Assembly: GCF_004010195.1 (NCBI RefSeq)
Contig: NC_057758.1
Span: 3,835,428 to 3,899,110, forward strand
Reading direction: 5' to 3'
Source of the DNA: Chiloscyllium plagiosum
Taxonomy: Eukaryota
DNA: 63,683 nt
Both the position numbers and the translations under genes were made by a program. The notes beneath the pieces were generated by a model, which saw only the letters and a program-made list of their open reading frames with translations, did no database searches and was not told the origin of the DNA. Numbering within the stretch: position 1 is the first letter of the stretch; each line of letters opens with the position of its first letter. Positions 51,001 to 63,683 of the stretch are shown in pieces.

Positions 51001-53006
51001 AAGTCCCTCAACGTTTCCTCATAAGTCCTTCTCTGCATACCAGGCAGTATCTGAGTAAATCTCCTCTAGCTCTCAAACGCTTGCACATCGTTTCCTTCAA
51101 TGTGGTGACCAGACCTGAGGACGCAATCCACAATATTCCAATTGCAGCAGCATCAGAGATTTGAACAGTTGCATCATGAACTCATGGTTCCGAAGCTCAA
51201 TTCATCTTTCAATAAAAATTAAAACACCATATGCCATCTTAACAACCCTATCAACCTGGGTGTCAACTTTCAGGGACATAGCACATGAGCAGCGAGATCT
51301 CTCTGCTAATCCACGCTACCAATAAATATGCCATTAGTTCAGTACTCTGTATTCCTCTTTTTCCTTTGAAAGCGAACCACTTCACATGTTTCCGCATTGA
51401 ACTGCATTTGCTATCTCACAACCCAGCTCTTCAGCTTATCTATGTCCCTCTGTAACCTATAACATCCTTCAGCACGATCCACAATTCTACCAACCTTCCT
51501 ATCTTCCGCAAATTTACTAACTCATTCTTCTCCGCCCTCATCCAGCTAATTTCAAAAAATCACAAACAGCAGTGAGCCCAAAACTGATCATTGAGATGCA
51601 CCATTAGTACATGAACTCCAGGTTGAGCATTTCCGATTAACCAACACTATCTTCTTTCTTTTTGCTAGCCAATTTATGATCTCGCCGCTAAATCACCCTC
51701 AATGCCATGCCTCCGTATTTTCTGCAATAGCCGAGCGTGGGGCACCTTATCAAACGCCTTCCTGAAATTCAGATGCACCACCACAACCGCTTTGACCTCA
51801 TCCACCTGTTTGGTCACATTCTCAAATAGCTCAATCATTTTGGTGAGGCATGAGCTAACCTTCACAAAATCGTCTTTCTAGATTACTACAAATACCATCT
51901 CTTACAACCTTTTCTAACACTATACCAAAACTGAATTAAGGCTCAATGGTCTTTAATAACTAGAATTGAATCTACTCCAGTTCTTGTGATCGGGGACAAC
52001 ATTTGTTATCCTCCAGGCTCCCGGCATTATTCCTGCAGACATTGACGACATAAAGATCAAAGGCTCTGCAATCTCCTCCCGGGCAAGCCAGAAAGACGTC
52101 CAGGGTAAATCCCATCCAGCACAGGGGACTTACCTATTTTCACACTTTCCAGAAATGCTATCTCCACGTTTTTATGAATCAAAATCCGATATAGTCTTGT
52201 AGCCCTTATTTGAGTATGCACCTCGACAACATTGTGTTTTTCCAATTTGAATACTTAGGAAAACTACTCATTTAATGCTTCCTCTGTCTGTTCATACTCC
52301 ATGCATAACTTCACACAACACTTCTTGATTGGACCCATTCATTCTCTACTTATTCATTTGTTCCTGATAGAATCTAACATAAGCCTTCTTCTTCCTCTGC
52401 AAGAAAACTAAAAGTTACCATCACTGTTAATGAAATAAGAGTGCTGTTCATGTCAAAATATTTTTTTCCATGAACACGATTATGACCCTCGTGGCGGCCT
52501 GGTATTACTTTATAAATTTCTTGGGAAAATTTTTAATTGTCGGCTCCCTGCAACAATATATAAGTCAGGAGAACCTGAATTGGTTTTTTGTCTCGCTGTA
52601 TTGTTGTTCCAAGCAATGAAAGCAGTATTATAGCGGCAGCAACAGAGGCAGAAATTGTTGGAAAAACTCATCAACTTCGGCAACATTGTGGAGAGAATTC
52701 AGACTTAATATTTCGGAAACGAATGAAATTTCCTCAGACTGTTAACTCTGTTATCTCTCCACAGGTGGTCCCAGACCTGCTCAGCTTTTCCACCATTTTC
52801 TATTTTTGTGTCTGATTTTCAGAATCTGCAGTTCTTTCAGTTTAATTTCTCATGTAACTGTCGTGGCAGCAATGTTCTCAATGTTATCATTGGGTCAGAG
52901 TGAGAGCAGCAAACGGGATCTGTGACAGGAAGTACTGGAGACACAAAGCGCAATGAATTCCATGCTGGTTCTGAGCTCTGCTTACTGCTCAAGGAGCTGA
53001 AAGAAG

Positions 53007-53082
53007 ATGGTTGCACCTTGAGGCCTGTGACTACTTGGAATCAGCTCACTGTTGTTGATTGTTTATGACTTGATTTATTGTG
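53007..53082 (+). pseudogene. Signal-peptide exon of V-V IgSF receptor pseudogene, copy 2
   Basis: MVAP*GL*LLGISSLLLIVYDLIYC-G|GTAAA; both stops are TGA, consistent with CGA CpG decay. Confidence 0.7.
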
Positions 53083-53087
53083 GTAAA

Positions 53088-55344
53088 CCATGGTTCTGGG
53101 TAACGAACCAGGCCAGGTGTTAGAATTAGAGGTAGGTGAGCACTTTGGGGACAGTGACCACAATTCGGTGACTTTTACTCTCGTGATGGAGAGGGATAGG
53201 TGTGCACTGCAGGGCAAGAATTATAGCTGGGGGCAGGGAAATTATGATGCGGTGAGGCATGACTTAGGATGTGTGGCTTGGAAAAGTAAGCTTCAAGGCA
53301 AGGGCGTAATTGATATGTGGAGCTTGTACAAGGAGCAATTATTGAGTGTCCTTGATAAGTATGTACCTGTCAGGCAGGGAGGAAAGGGTCGTGTGAGGGA
53401 GCCGTGGTTTAATAAGGAATTGGAATCCCTTCTTAAATGGAAGAGGGCGGCCTATGTAAAGATAAGGCGTGAAGGTTCAATTGGGGCGATTGAGAGTTAT
53501 AAGGTAGCCTGGAAGGATCTGAAGAGAGAGCTAAGAGCAGCAAGGAGGGGACATGAAAGATCCTTAGTTGGTAGGATTAGGGAAAACCCGAAGGCTTTCG
53601 ATAGGTATGTCAGTAATAAAAGAATGACGAGGGTAGGAATCGGTCCAGTCAAGGATCGTAGTAGGAAGTTGCGTGTGGAGGCTGAAGAGATTGGGGAGAC
53701 ACTGAATGAATACTTTTCGTCAGTATTCAATCAGGAACAGGACATTGTTGTCACTGTGAGTACTGAGTTACAATTAAGTAGAATGAATGGCTTTGAGGTA
53801 TGCAGGGAAGAGGTGTTGGAAATTCTGGAAAGGGTGAAAATAGATCAGTCCCCTGGGCCTGATGGCATTTATCCTAGCATTCTCTGGGAAGCAAGGGAGG
53901 AGATTGCAGAGCCATTGGACTTGATTTTTACGTCCTCGTTGTCTACAGTAGTGCCAGAAGACTGGAGGCTAGCAAATGTGGTTCCCTTGTTCAAGAAGGG
54001 GAGTAGGGAGTAACTATAGGCTGGTGAGTCTCACTTCTGTTGTGGGCAAAGTTTTAGAGAGAATTGTAAGGGATAGGATTTATGCACATCTGGATAGGAT
54101 AGTCAGCTGATTTTGTGAAGGGCAGGTCGTGCCTCACAAACCTTATTGAATTCTTTGAGAAGGTGACTAAGGAGGTGAAAGAGGGGAAAGCGGTAGATGT
54201 GGTGTATATGGATTTTAGTAAGGCGGTTGATAAGGTTCCCCAAGGTAGGCTACTTCAAAAAATACGGATGTATGGCATTGAGTTGGAGGTTTGATTTAGG
54301 AATTGGCTGGCTGGAAGAAGACAGAGGGTAGTAGTTGATGGTAAAGGTTCATCTTGGAGTGCCGTTACTAGCAGTGTTCCGCAAGGATCTGTTTTGGGAC
54401 TATTGCTGTTTGTAATTTTTATAAATGACCTGGAGGAGGGGTTGGTAGGTTGGGTGAGCAAGTTTGCGGATGATACGAAAGTCGGTGGAGTTGTTGACAG
54501 TGAGGAAGGATGTGTCAGGTTACAGCGGGATATAGATAAGCTGCAGAACGAGGCAGAAAGGTGGCAAACGGAGTTCGATGTAGCTAAGTGTGAGGTGTTT
54601 CACTTTGGTAAGAGTAACAAAAAGATGGGGTACTGGGCTAATGGTCGGATACTTGGTAGTGTTGATGAGCAGAGGGATCTTGGTGTCCATGTACACAGAT
54701 CTTTGAAAGTTGCCACCAGGTAAATAGAGCGGTGAAGAAGGCATATGGTGTACTGGCTTTTATTGGTAGAGGAATTGAGTTCCGGAGTCCTGCGAACATG
54801 TTGCAGTTGTATAAGACTCTGGTGCGGCCGCACCTGGAGTATTGTGTGCATTTTTTGTCGCCATACTATAGGAAGGATGTGGAGGCACTGGAACGGGTGC
54901 AGAGGAAGTTTACCAGGATGTTTCCTGGTATGGTAGGAAGATCGTATGATGAAAGGCTGAGGCACTTGGGGTTGTTTTCATTGGAGAAAAGAAGGTCTGG
55001 GGTGACTTGATAGAGGTGTACAAGGTGATTAGGGGTTTAGATAGAGTTGACCGTGAGAACCTTTTTCCACGTATTGGAGTCAGCTATTACGAGGGGGCAT
55101 AGCTTTAAATTAAGGAGTGGTCGGTATAGGACAGATGTTAGGGGTAGGTTCTATACTCAGCGAGTCGTGAGTTCATGGAATGCACTGCCAGTAGCAGTGG
55201 TAGACTCTCCCTCTTTATGGGCATTTAAGCGGGAATTGGAGAGGCATATGGAGGATAGTGGGCTAGTGTAGGTTAGGTGGGCTTGGATCGGCGCAACATC
55301 GAGGGCCAAAGGGCCTGTACTGCGCTGTATTCTTCTATGTTCTA
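53088..55344 (+). mobile_element. Relatively young 5'-truncated CR1 LINE insertion specific to copy 2
   Basis: Long ORF2 pieces (307 aa at 53090-54013; SKFADDTK; LYKTLVRPHLEYC), intact 3' UTR and ttctatg tail; absent at 35850; TAAA on both sides. Confidence 0.95.
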
Positions 55345-55667
55345 TAAAGACTAATAGATTGGAGGTGGCTGGAATTAATAGAATAATCAAATCTACAAGC
55401 AAGGAATGAGGCTTTCCACGTTTTCTGTATGAATATCTTTGGAAGTGTTGGCCAATTATTACTTCACCATCTGCAATCTCGGACCGAGTCAATACACTGT
55501 CAATAGTAACCCGATGTTTCTGATAATACTGCGGGCTGTTTTGGAAAGCACATGCTGGAATATATTTATTCATATTGAAACATCAAGGATGAGAAGAAGA
55601 ATATTGCAATCTTTTTAATTGGACTTGATGGAGTTAGCCATAAGACAAAATTTCATTAAAACAGTTG

Positions 55668-56167
55668 NNNNNNNNNNNNNNNNNNNNNNNNNNNNNNNNN
55701 NNNNNNNNNNNNNNNNNNNNNNNNNNNNNNNNNNNNNNNNNNNNNNNNNNNNNNNNNNNNNNNNNNNNNNNNNNNNNNNNNNNNNNNNNNNNNNNNNNNN
55801 NNNNNNNNNNNNNNNNNNNNNNNNNNNNNNNNNNNNNNNNNNNNNNNNNNNNNNNNNNNNNNNNNNNNNNNNNNNNNNNNNNNNNNNNNNNNNNNNNNNN
55901 NNNNNNNNNNNNNNNNNNNNNNNNNNNNNNNNNNNNNNNNNNNNNNNNNNNNNNNNNNNNNNNNNNNNNNNNNNNNNNNNNNNNNNNNNNNNNNNNNNNN
56001 NNNNNNNNNNNNNNNNNNNNNNNNNNNNNNNNNNNNNNNNNNNNNNNNNNNNNNNNNNNNNNNNNNNNNNNNNNNNNNNNNNNNNNNNNNNNNNNNNNNN
56101 NNNNNNNNNNNNNNNNNNNNNNNNNNNNNNNNNNNNNNNNNNNNNNNNNNNNNNNNNNNNNNNNNNN
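55668..56167. other. Assembly gap (500 N)
   Basis: Exactly 500 N. Confidence 1.
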
Positions 56168-59100
56168 TCAATCTCCTTTTGAACCTGTTCCAACTTAAGA
56201 GACTTGTGCCTCGGAGAATGTTATTTAACGGAACAGCATCTCCCATATTTACATCGTGCATAATTAATTTAACACTTCTCAGCTTTCTCCACAAGTCTCC
56301 CTCGTTGATAATAATGCCACATATATCTGAGGGAATCATGAACACTGACCATTGCACATTATCGGTTGCGGAGAATTTTAAGGGCAAAAATGCCAAACTG
56401 TTTAAATGGAGATTTTACTTACAGTCATTCAGTTTTAAAATTGTGCACGAGTCAGACCTAGATAACATGATTGACAACGCATGGCCGAGGCTTGAATGGG
56501 AAACCGAGGTGTTCAGTGGCAGGAATAAAATAGTTTGAATCAAAATGTAGTAGCGCATGTTGGCATGTTTATTGTCAATGTAATGGATATGTATGATATA
56601 GAGTACAGACAGATTAAGATTGCGGGGATTTGAAGTGAATCCACCTTTGGATATTGATGGTTCATTTTTTTTAAAGTGGGAAGGTATGACGATGTGCTCT
56701 CTTAACAAGATTATGTTGTCCTTTGTTGCTTTTTTTTTGGAGAGGTCGTAAAAGCCGAGAAGTGTGAATTGAAGGATTTTATGGCCAATTTGATTATAGC
56801 TAACACATGCTGACTCAGTAAAAAGGCATTTGATATAAAAAAAAAACACTTATATAATTGAAGGGCTGTTGCCAGTTATCCCAGCTGTGCTTTTCTCAGG
56901 TTTGATTTGGTTTAATAGTCTGAATATTGACTTAAAGCAGTCAGCCAGTTGCAAAACATGCCTGACTCCAGGTAGTAGGTCCTCGCTGATCCTTCTCTCT
57001 CTCTCTCTGACTTCTCTCCTGTAAGACGTTAAATTTGATTATACCTTATGTGCCAAAGGATATTTATGGGAATTGTTGCAAATATTTGCAAGAGTGTCGT
57101 TAAGGATCTGTTGTATTTTCAGATAGGATTCTGTTGTCTTTTGTTTGTGTTTCGTTCAGTAATCTTGTAAATAAATTATGGATTGTTGAACACAACGTGG
57201 TTTGACCAACTGCTTCACTCCTTGAATATCCGCGTTTTACCTGCTTAGAACAACGAATAAATTTGAGGGCTGAGCTAAGAGAACATATAGCATAAAACAT
57301 AGAACATTAAAGCGCAATAGACGCTCTTCGGCCCTTGATGTTCACCACCCTTTGAAATCAAGCTGAAGCCCAGCTCACTTCCACTATTCCATTCTCGACC
57401 AGGTACGAACTACCCTTAAAAAAACGGGTTGACTATCCCAAATCAACCTATTCGTGAGGAGACGGTTATAAATCCTCTCCGTGATAACCTTTAAGAATAC
57501 TTCACCCATAACCAAATAAAGGCTCAATGTACGATAATTACCAGGGTTGTCTTTACTGTCCATCTTTGACAGTTTCTGGTACAATGTCTGTAGGCAATGA
57601 TGATATGAAGATCAAAGTCAAAGGCTCAGTAATCTCCTCCTTCGTTTCCCAGAGAGTCCCGGATAAACACCATTCAAACCAGTACATTTGTTATTTTCAC
57701 ACTTGCCAGAATTTTTAACATATTCTCCTTGTGAACCTCAATCTCATTTCGTCCAGTGGCCTGTTTCCCAGTATCATTCGCGACAAAATTATCTTTTTCA
57801 TATGTGAATACTGACGAAAAATATTCATTGACTGCTTCCCCACCTCTTCTGACTGCACGCATAACTTTCCACTACTGTCCTTAATTGGCCCGAATCTTGG
57901 TCTAGTGGTTTTTCCCCCTTATGTACCGACAGAAAGCTCGTCATTACTCTCTATTTCAGTTCTTCTGGGCTACATTATAATTGTCAATCGCCCTAACTGA
58001 GCCTTCACATATCATCCTAACATAAGGCTTCTTCTTCCTATTGACAAGTGATTTAACTCGCTTCATAAACCATGGCTCCTGCGCTCGACAAACTCCTCCC
58101 TATCTTTCAGGTACATAGTTTCCAAGGACACAAAATTGCTGTTCCTTTAATAAGCTCCACATTGCTATTGCGTACACCCCTTGTTGTTTCATTGTCCATC
58201 ATATGCATCCTAAATCTTGCCGAATCGCATCGTAATTACCTTTCCCCCAGCTCTGGCTCTTGCTATCCAGCGTAAACATATCCTTTTTCCACCGCTCAAG
58301 TAAACATATGTGTAATGTGGTCACTACCACTAAAGTACTCAACTAACTCCAAATCTAACACCTAGCCGGGTTCATTACACAGTACCAAATGTAATGTGGC
58401 GTCGCCTCTTGTTGGCCGGTCTTCGTACAGTGTCAGAAAACCCTCTTGCAAACAATGGACAAAAGCTGACCTGTCAGAAGTACTTGTACTGTCGTACTCG
58501 CAGTCAATATTTTGGAAGTTGAAGCCCCCCATAGTAACTAGCCTTTCATTCTCGCTCCTATTGGGAATAATCTTTGCTATGTTTTCAGGAAATCTATTCG
58601 GAGGCCTACAGAAAACTCCCTTTCGTGTTGCAAATCTCAGCCCTTACTACATCAATTGACGAGGACACAAACATCCTTTCTGAAGCCGGAATGCGGTCCT
58701 TAACTAACAATTCGACACCGCCACCTCTTCTACCATCTTCGCTGTCCTTCTTGAAACATCTGAACCCCAGAACCTGCAACAACCATTCATGTCGCTCCTC
58801 TACCTATCTATGTGAAATGGCCACAACTTAGAAATCTCAAGTACCATCCCATGCTGCAATTGCACCCCTCTATTGCACATGCTCCAGGCGTTGAAATAGG
58901 TTCACTACTTTTTTGAAATGTTTTGAGGGGGTCTGATCTGGTCCACAACATTTGCCAAACCCTTTACTACAATCAAATAAATAACACCTGCCATCATCAG
59001 TATTTTTGTTAACTTTTTCAAAATCCTCAATTAGGTTTCTTCGCCTCACACAAGACTATGCTGACCATCTGTAATCAATGTTTGCCTCTCTAATGGTCCA

Positions 59101-60149
59101 TGAATCGTTCCTTTGATAATCACTTCGAACAATTTAACCACAACTGAATCCAGACTTGCAGGTTGATAGTTTCTTGGTGTCTCCTTATAAACGTTCTTAT
59201 TTGAAGATACAATATCAGCCACCCTGCAGTCATCCGGTACCCCATCCCTACTAACGCATGCTACAAATAGTTCTACCAGGGATCTCGCAATTTCCTTCTT
59301 TACTTCCCAGTAGTGTAGTTCCCGGAGATTTGCCAACTGTGTATTCTCCATGAACTTCCTCTTCTGTCATGCGAACTGTATTAGAACATTCAAGTATCTC
59401 TATGCATTCCCTGCCGTCGATTTCTTTCTCTTCGTTCAAAACCGTCACAAAATAGCCAATTGGGTTCTATCCCATCTCCTCACGTTCAAAACTAGGACGA
59501 CCTCCTTGGACACTAAGAGGCCCCACTCTGTCTGTGGTTACTTATTTCGTCTTACTGTACGTGTGGAGTCTCTTTGTTTTCCTTAAACTTACCTGCCAAT
59601 ACAATCTCATGTAATTTCTTTGCATTCCTGATTCCTCTCTTAAGAAAGTCCATCCACTCTTCATTTTGATTAAGACATTCAATTGAAAAAAAATTGTCTA
59701 TATCTAAAATAACATTGTCTTTTATTCTTGAAAAGAACATCAACATGTTCGTTCATTCAATGCTTCTTAAACTCACCCGTCTTACCCTTCACTCTGACAG
59801 GAACATAATATCTCTGAACTCTCGTCAGCAGTGTTGAAAGCTTTCCATTTATCAGACATCTTTTTTTAACCCATAAACGGTCTCCTGCAATGAGCTTTTG
59901 AAAAGTTATTGTCTCATACCATTAACATTTGTGTTACTCTAATTAACAGATTTGTCTATCATGGAAGGCTTAACCTTTTCCGTAACACTTTGAAACTAAT
60001 AGACTTATGGCCACTAGCCCCAAAGTATTCCGGTACTTTTATATTCGTGACCTGCCCTGATTTATTGGACAAACGAAGCTGCAGTTTTCCTCCTTCTCTA
60101 GTAGCGGCACATTGAAAAACAATTATCTTTAATGCTTTTCACATGATAA

Positions 60150-61690
60150 ATGAAACAGCGCCACGTATTGAAATCGATTGGGATCCACAATAAAGGAGAA
60201 ACAACAGCACCAGAAGCGATGAAAGTCTAAAAAGTAACAGGAACCGTGCTAAATCTCCAAATGTTTTTCGTGAAACGTCAAAAGTAGTCAACAATGTCAC
60301 TTGTCAAATTCAAGTTCTCCTCCTGGAGCCTACTCCTGGAAAGAAATCATTGAAGTCAGAGAAAAAGTCTCACAGTTGACCACATCCCTGAGGAGTGAGT
60401 ATTATCACCTTGTTTTTGTCGCTGCATGGTGACATCACACATAGTAAAACGGAGCATTTACGTCTGTACAAACCTCACATAATCTTCACATTGTGAAGCA
60501 CGGCATGGTCTCTTCAAGGTGGCACATTGATTCATTCATCTGAATGGTTCAGTGGGCGGCACGGTGGCACAGAGGTTAGCACTGCTGCCTCACAGCGCCA
60601 GAGACCCGGGTTCAATTCCCGCCTCTGTGTGGAGTTTGCACATTCTCCCCGTGTCTGCGTGGGTTTCCTCCGGGTGCTCCGGTTTCCTCCCACAGTCCAA
60701 AAATGTGCAGGTAATGTGAATTGACCATGCTAAATTGTCCGTAGTGTTAGGTGTTAGGGGTTAGGGTTAAGTGTAGGAGTATGGGTCTGGGTGGTATACG
60801 CTTCGGCGGATCGGTGTGGACTTGTTGGGCCGAAGGGCTGTTTCCACACTGTAAGTAATCTAATCTAATCTAATCTAATCTAATCTAATCTAATCTAATC
60901 TAAACTGAAGTGTTTGCATTTGAGGGAAGAACCGGAGCTGAAGTGATTGTGTACAGAGCTGTAAGAACAAATGATGTGGTTCGGTCAGGTAGATATGAAC
61001 AAGATGTTCCAACCATCTGTCAGAAAATGATACAAATTTAAGATTTCATGGTAAATTGACCGGGAAGGTGTGATGGTGAAATTATGAACAGTGCATGGTA
61101 ATGCGTTAGATGTCAACACTTTCTCTGAAAGACCAATAATATCCAGTATCTGATGAATCCACCGATTGCGTCAAATTCATCTTTAATGTTTGTTCAGAGA
61201 TTCCTGTCCGTGAAACCATTTCATATATTCTGGAAAAGAAGTTTAGAGAAGACACTCTCTGTTAAGGTTTGAACTCAGACAATTTATTCGTTTTGCTTGA
61301 ATTTTCTGTGTGCATGTGCGCCCTTCAAACCCCAGCGAAAGAAATTTCAATAACCTGTCCTTATCAGTCCAAGATAGCAAAAAGGAATATCAGAGTGTAA
61401 ATGATAACATTATTTCTATGTTCATCAACGTTACCATTTCAACGGAATTTCTCCAGAATATTAATTTAACCTTCGAAAATTATAATGGTACTTTACTTCT
61501 GGCTCAGGATACACGTGTGGCCCCTGCTGTACGCTGCTGCTCAATTTGATTGGCAGCCTATCGATTCAATGGTGACATTGAAAAAGCACCGTGAACAATT
61601 GCCCTGGGTCTTCATGGGACTCACCAGAGCAAAAAAAATGGGAAATAGTCGGCAGGTTAACTCATGAGATAATCGGATCTGAAAGACAGA
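60150..61690 (-). pseudogene. Leader-V-C1-TM(Arg) IgSF remnant, copy 3
   Basis: Best-preserved V strand: KMNLTQSVDSSDTGYYW(S) at 61130-61183, where TCT is one change from TGT; TM FLLLFRLSSLLVLLFLLYC; donor GTGAGT at 61624. Confidence 0.5.
60553..60902 (+). mobile_element. HE1-type tRNA-derived V-SINE, full length, with (TAATC)9 tail
   Basis: A box tggcacagagg, B box ggttcaattcc, V-core tgtgtggagtttgcacattctcccc, CR1-like 3' end; absent in copies 1 and 2 (gttcag|aactg). Confidence 0.92.
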
Positions 61691-62014
61691 ATCTGCTTCA
61701 TTTTCTTTCCATGTCTGCTGACGCACTGCCTCATCAATTAAGACACGAGCTGTGAAAGGTTAATGCAACTTCAGGCGCAACTCGGCTCCTTTATGAATAA
61801 ATTGCAGCACGCTCAGCCCAGTCCTACCAAATAATGCTTCTGATAAAGTTGACATACACACATGACCCTCCACCACTGTCACCCACACATTTAATTGCCT
61901 CCGATAAAGATGGTTGGCAGAGGAGCCTGGAGCCTTCATCCCATTTGGTGCAAACAGAGGCCATGCACAAGAATGTCATGAAATCTTCCCATATACCGGC
62001 TGGATCTACTGCAC

Positions 62015-63576
62015 TAAGGACAAAAAGAACAAAGAAAATTTCAGCAAAGGAACAGGCCTTCTCGCCCTCTCAGCCTCAGCTTATCCAAATGCTATATGTA
62101 CGTATGACGCCTATTTTCTGGGTGTCTGTTCCCTTTACTCCCTGCCGATTCATGTATCTGTCTAGATACATCTGAAACGCAACTATCGTGTTCGACGCTA
62201 CAACCTCTACTGTCAACGCGTTCCAGGCACCCACAACTCTCTTTCTAAAAGAATCTCCTGACATATCTCCTCCGAACATTTATTCTCTCACATTGATCTC
62301 ATCACCCCTAGTAATTAATTCCCCAATTCTGTGAAAAAAGCACTCTTGTTATCTACCCTGTTTATACCTCTCATGAATTTGTAGACCTCAATTAAGTCCC
62401 CTCCAAACTCTGTCTTTCTCATGCAAATAATCTTAACCTATTCAACCTCAATTCATCGCTAGCGCCCTCTATACCAGGCAACAGCCTGTTGAACATCATC
62501 TGCACCCTCTCCAAAACATCCACATCCTTTTGTTAACGTGGAGACCAGAACTGTATTGATCATTCCGTATATGGCCAAACCAAAGTACTATACAACTCTA
62601 ATATGGCCTGCCATCTCTTGGACAAAATAAACTGTCCGATGAAGGAAAGCATGCTTGACTCGTCTATCCAATATCATTACAACATTCAGGGAACAAAGGA
62701 GCTGAACACATAGATCTCTCTGTTGCATCTGTTTACCCCAGGAGATTTCCATTCAATGTATCGTTCGCTCTTCAATTGGAGCTTGCAAATTGCGTCAGCT
62801 CGCATATGCCCAGATTGAACTCCATCTGCCATTTCTCTGCCCAATTCTCCACTCTATCGGTATTGTGCTCTGTACTCTGACAGTTCACTTCACTCTCTGC
62901 TTCTCCGCCTGCAAATTCCATCTGCTCCTCCACCTGGTATCATCTTAAAACTTGCTAATCTAAGCACCTGTACCTTCCTCCACATAACGCATGTATATGA
63001 TAAACAATAGTTGCACCAGCACGGATCCTTATGGAACACCACGAGTCAAAGTCCTCTATATTGAGAAACACGTTTTCACTGCTACTCTCTGTCTCCTATT
63101 GCTCTCTCAGCTCTTTATCCATCTAGCTTGTACACCCTGGACCCCATGTGACTTCACTTTCTACATCAGTCTAACATGGGGATCATTAACATTCACTTTA
63201 CTGAAGTCCATATATGTGGCATCTACAACCTCTCCTTCATCAATCAACTTGTCACTTCCTCAGAGAATCAATTAAGTTGATAGGACATGGACATCCCTGC
63301 ACAACACCATGTCATCTATAATTGATCAGCCCATTATCTTCCAAATGTAAACAGGTCCTGTCACTCATTACCTTCTCCAGCAGCGTCCCTATCAATGACG
63401 TCAGACTCACCAATCTATAACTACTGGCATTAACTTTGCTACCGTTGTTAAACAAGGGGACAGCATTAGCCATTCTTCTGTACTCTGAGGCCTCACCCCT
63501 ATTCAAGGACCGGGAAATAACGCTGTTAAGGCTCCACCTACTCCTTCTCTCGCTACCCTGAATAACCTGAGGTATA
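62015..63576 (-). mobile_element. CR1 3' part, paralog of 26300-27853
   Basis: RVVGAWNAL, SYRLVSLTSLIG. Confidence 0.85.
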
Positions 63577-63683
63577 GAGCTGGAAATGTGTTGCTGGAAA
63601 AGCGCAGCAGGTCAGGCAGCATCCAGGGAACAGGAGAATCGACGTTTCGGGCAGAAGCCCTTCTTCAGGAATGGGGAAAGTTT
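63577..63683 (-). mobile_element. Penelope-derived repeat terminus with intact minimal hammerhead motif (63637-63672)
   Basis: Minus strand CUGAAGA-a-GGGC-uucu-GCCC-GAAACGUC; absent from copies 1 and 2; runs off the window. Confidence 0.85.

Larger units (their letters stand above)
40271..55667. repeat. Segmental unit B, copy 2 (equivalent to 22982-36175)
   Basis: Colinear, with copy-specific insertions at 41657-41787 and 53088-55344. Confidence 0.95.
56168..63576. repeat. Segmental unit B, copy 3 (equivalent to 20423-27853)
   Basis: Colinear gypsy end/LTR, CR1s and IgSF remnant, with small deletions near 60143. Confidence 0.95.

Noticed and set aside
53090..54013. 307-aa ORF as a host gene
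   Set aside because: It is CR1 ORF2 (endonuclease end and tether), followed by frameshifted RT.
60554..60620. tRNA gene
   Set aside because: A and B boxes belong to the SINE head; no complete cloverleaf.
60741..60770. ttagg/ttaggg repeats as interstitial telomere
   Set aside because: Only a few imperfect units inside the SINE body.

Overview
Eukaryotic genomic DNA from a cartilaginous fish, probably a carpet/bamboo-type shark, judged from HE1-type SINEs, shark-type CR1 LINEs and Penelope-derived repeats. It has four contigs separated by three 500-N placeholder gaps. Most of the window is decayed retroelements: CR1 LINEs (one near full length, one young insertion), Penelope-like elements with hammerhead-ribozyme motifs, a Gmr1-type Ty3/gypsy element and SINEs. 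These sit in two segmental duplications: 1-4667 vs 13430-18012, and a >15 kb unit present three times. The only open host coding exon is exon 1 of a GPR139/GPR142-like GPCR (minus strand, 6594-6774). Between the transposons, and largely invisible in the ORF track, I reconstructed by hand a cluster of degenerate immunoglobulin-superfamily receptor genes. (i) A CD2/SLAM-like gene with V, C2, TM and an ITSM-bearing tail (8179-9920). (ii) A leader-V-V receptor with J-like strands and a tyrosine-motif tail (35773-38055), plus another VJ-like exon. (iii) A divergently oriented leader-V-C1-TM(Arg) receptor present in all three repeat copies. These calls rest on manual translation across stops and frameshifts and need homology searches to confirm; most transposon boundaries are approximate.
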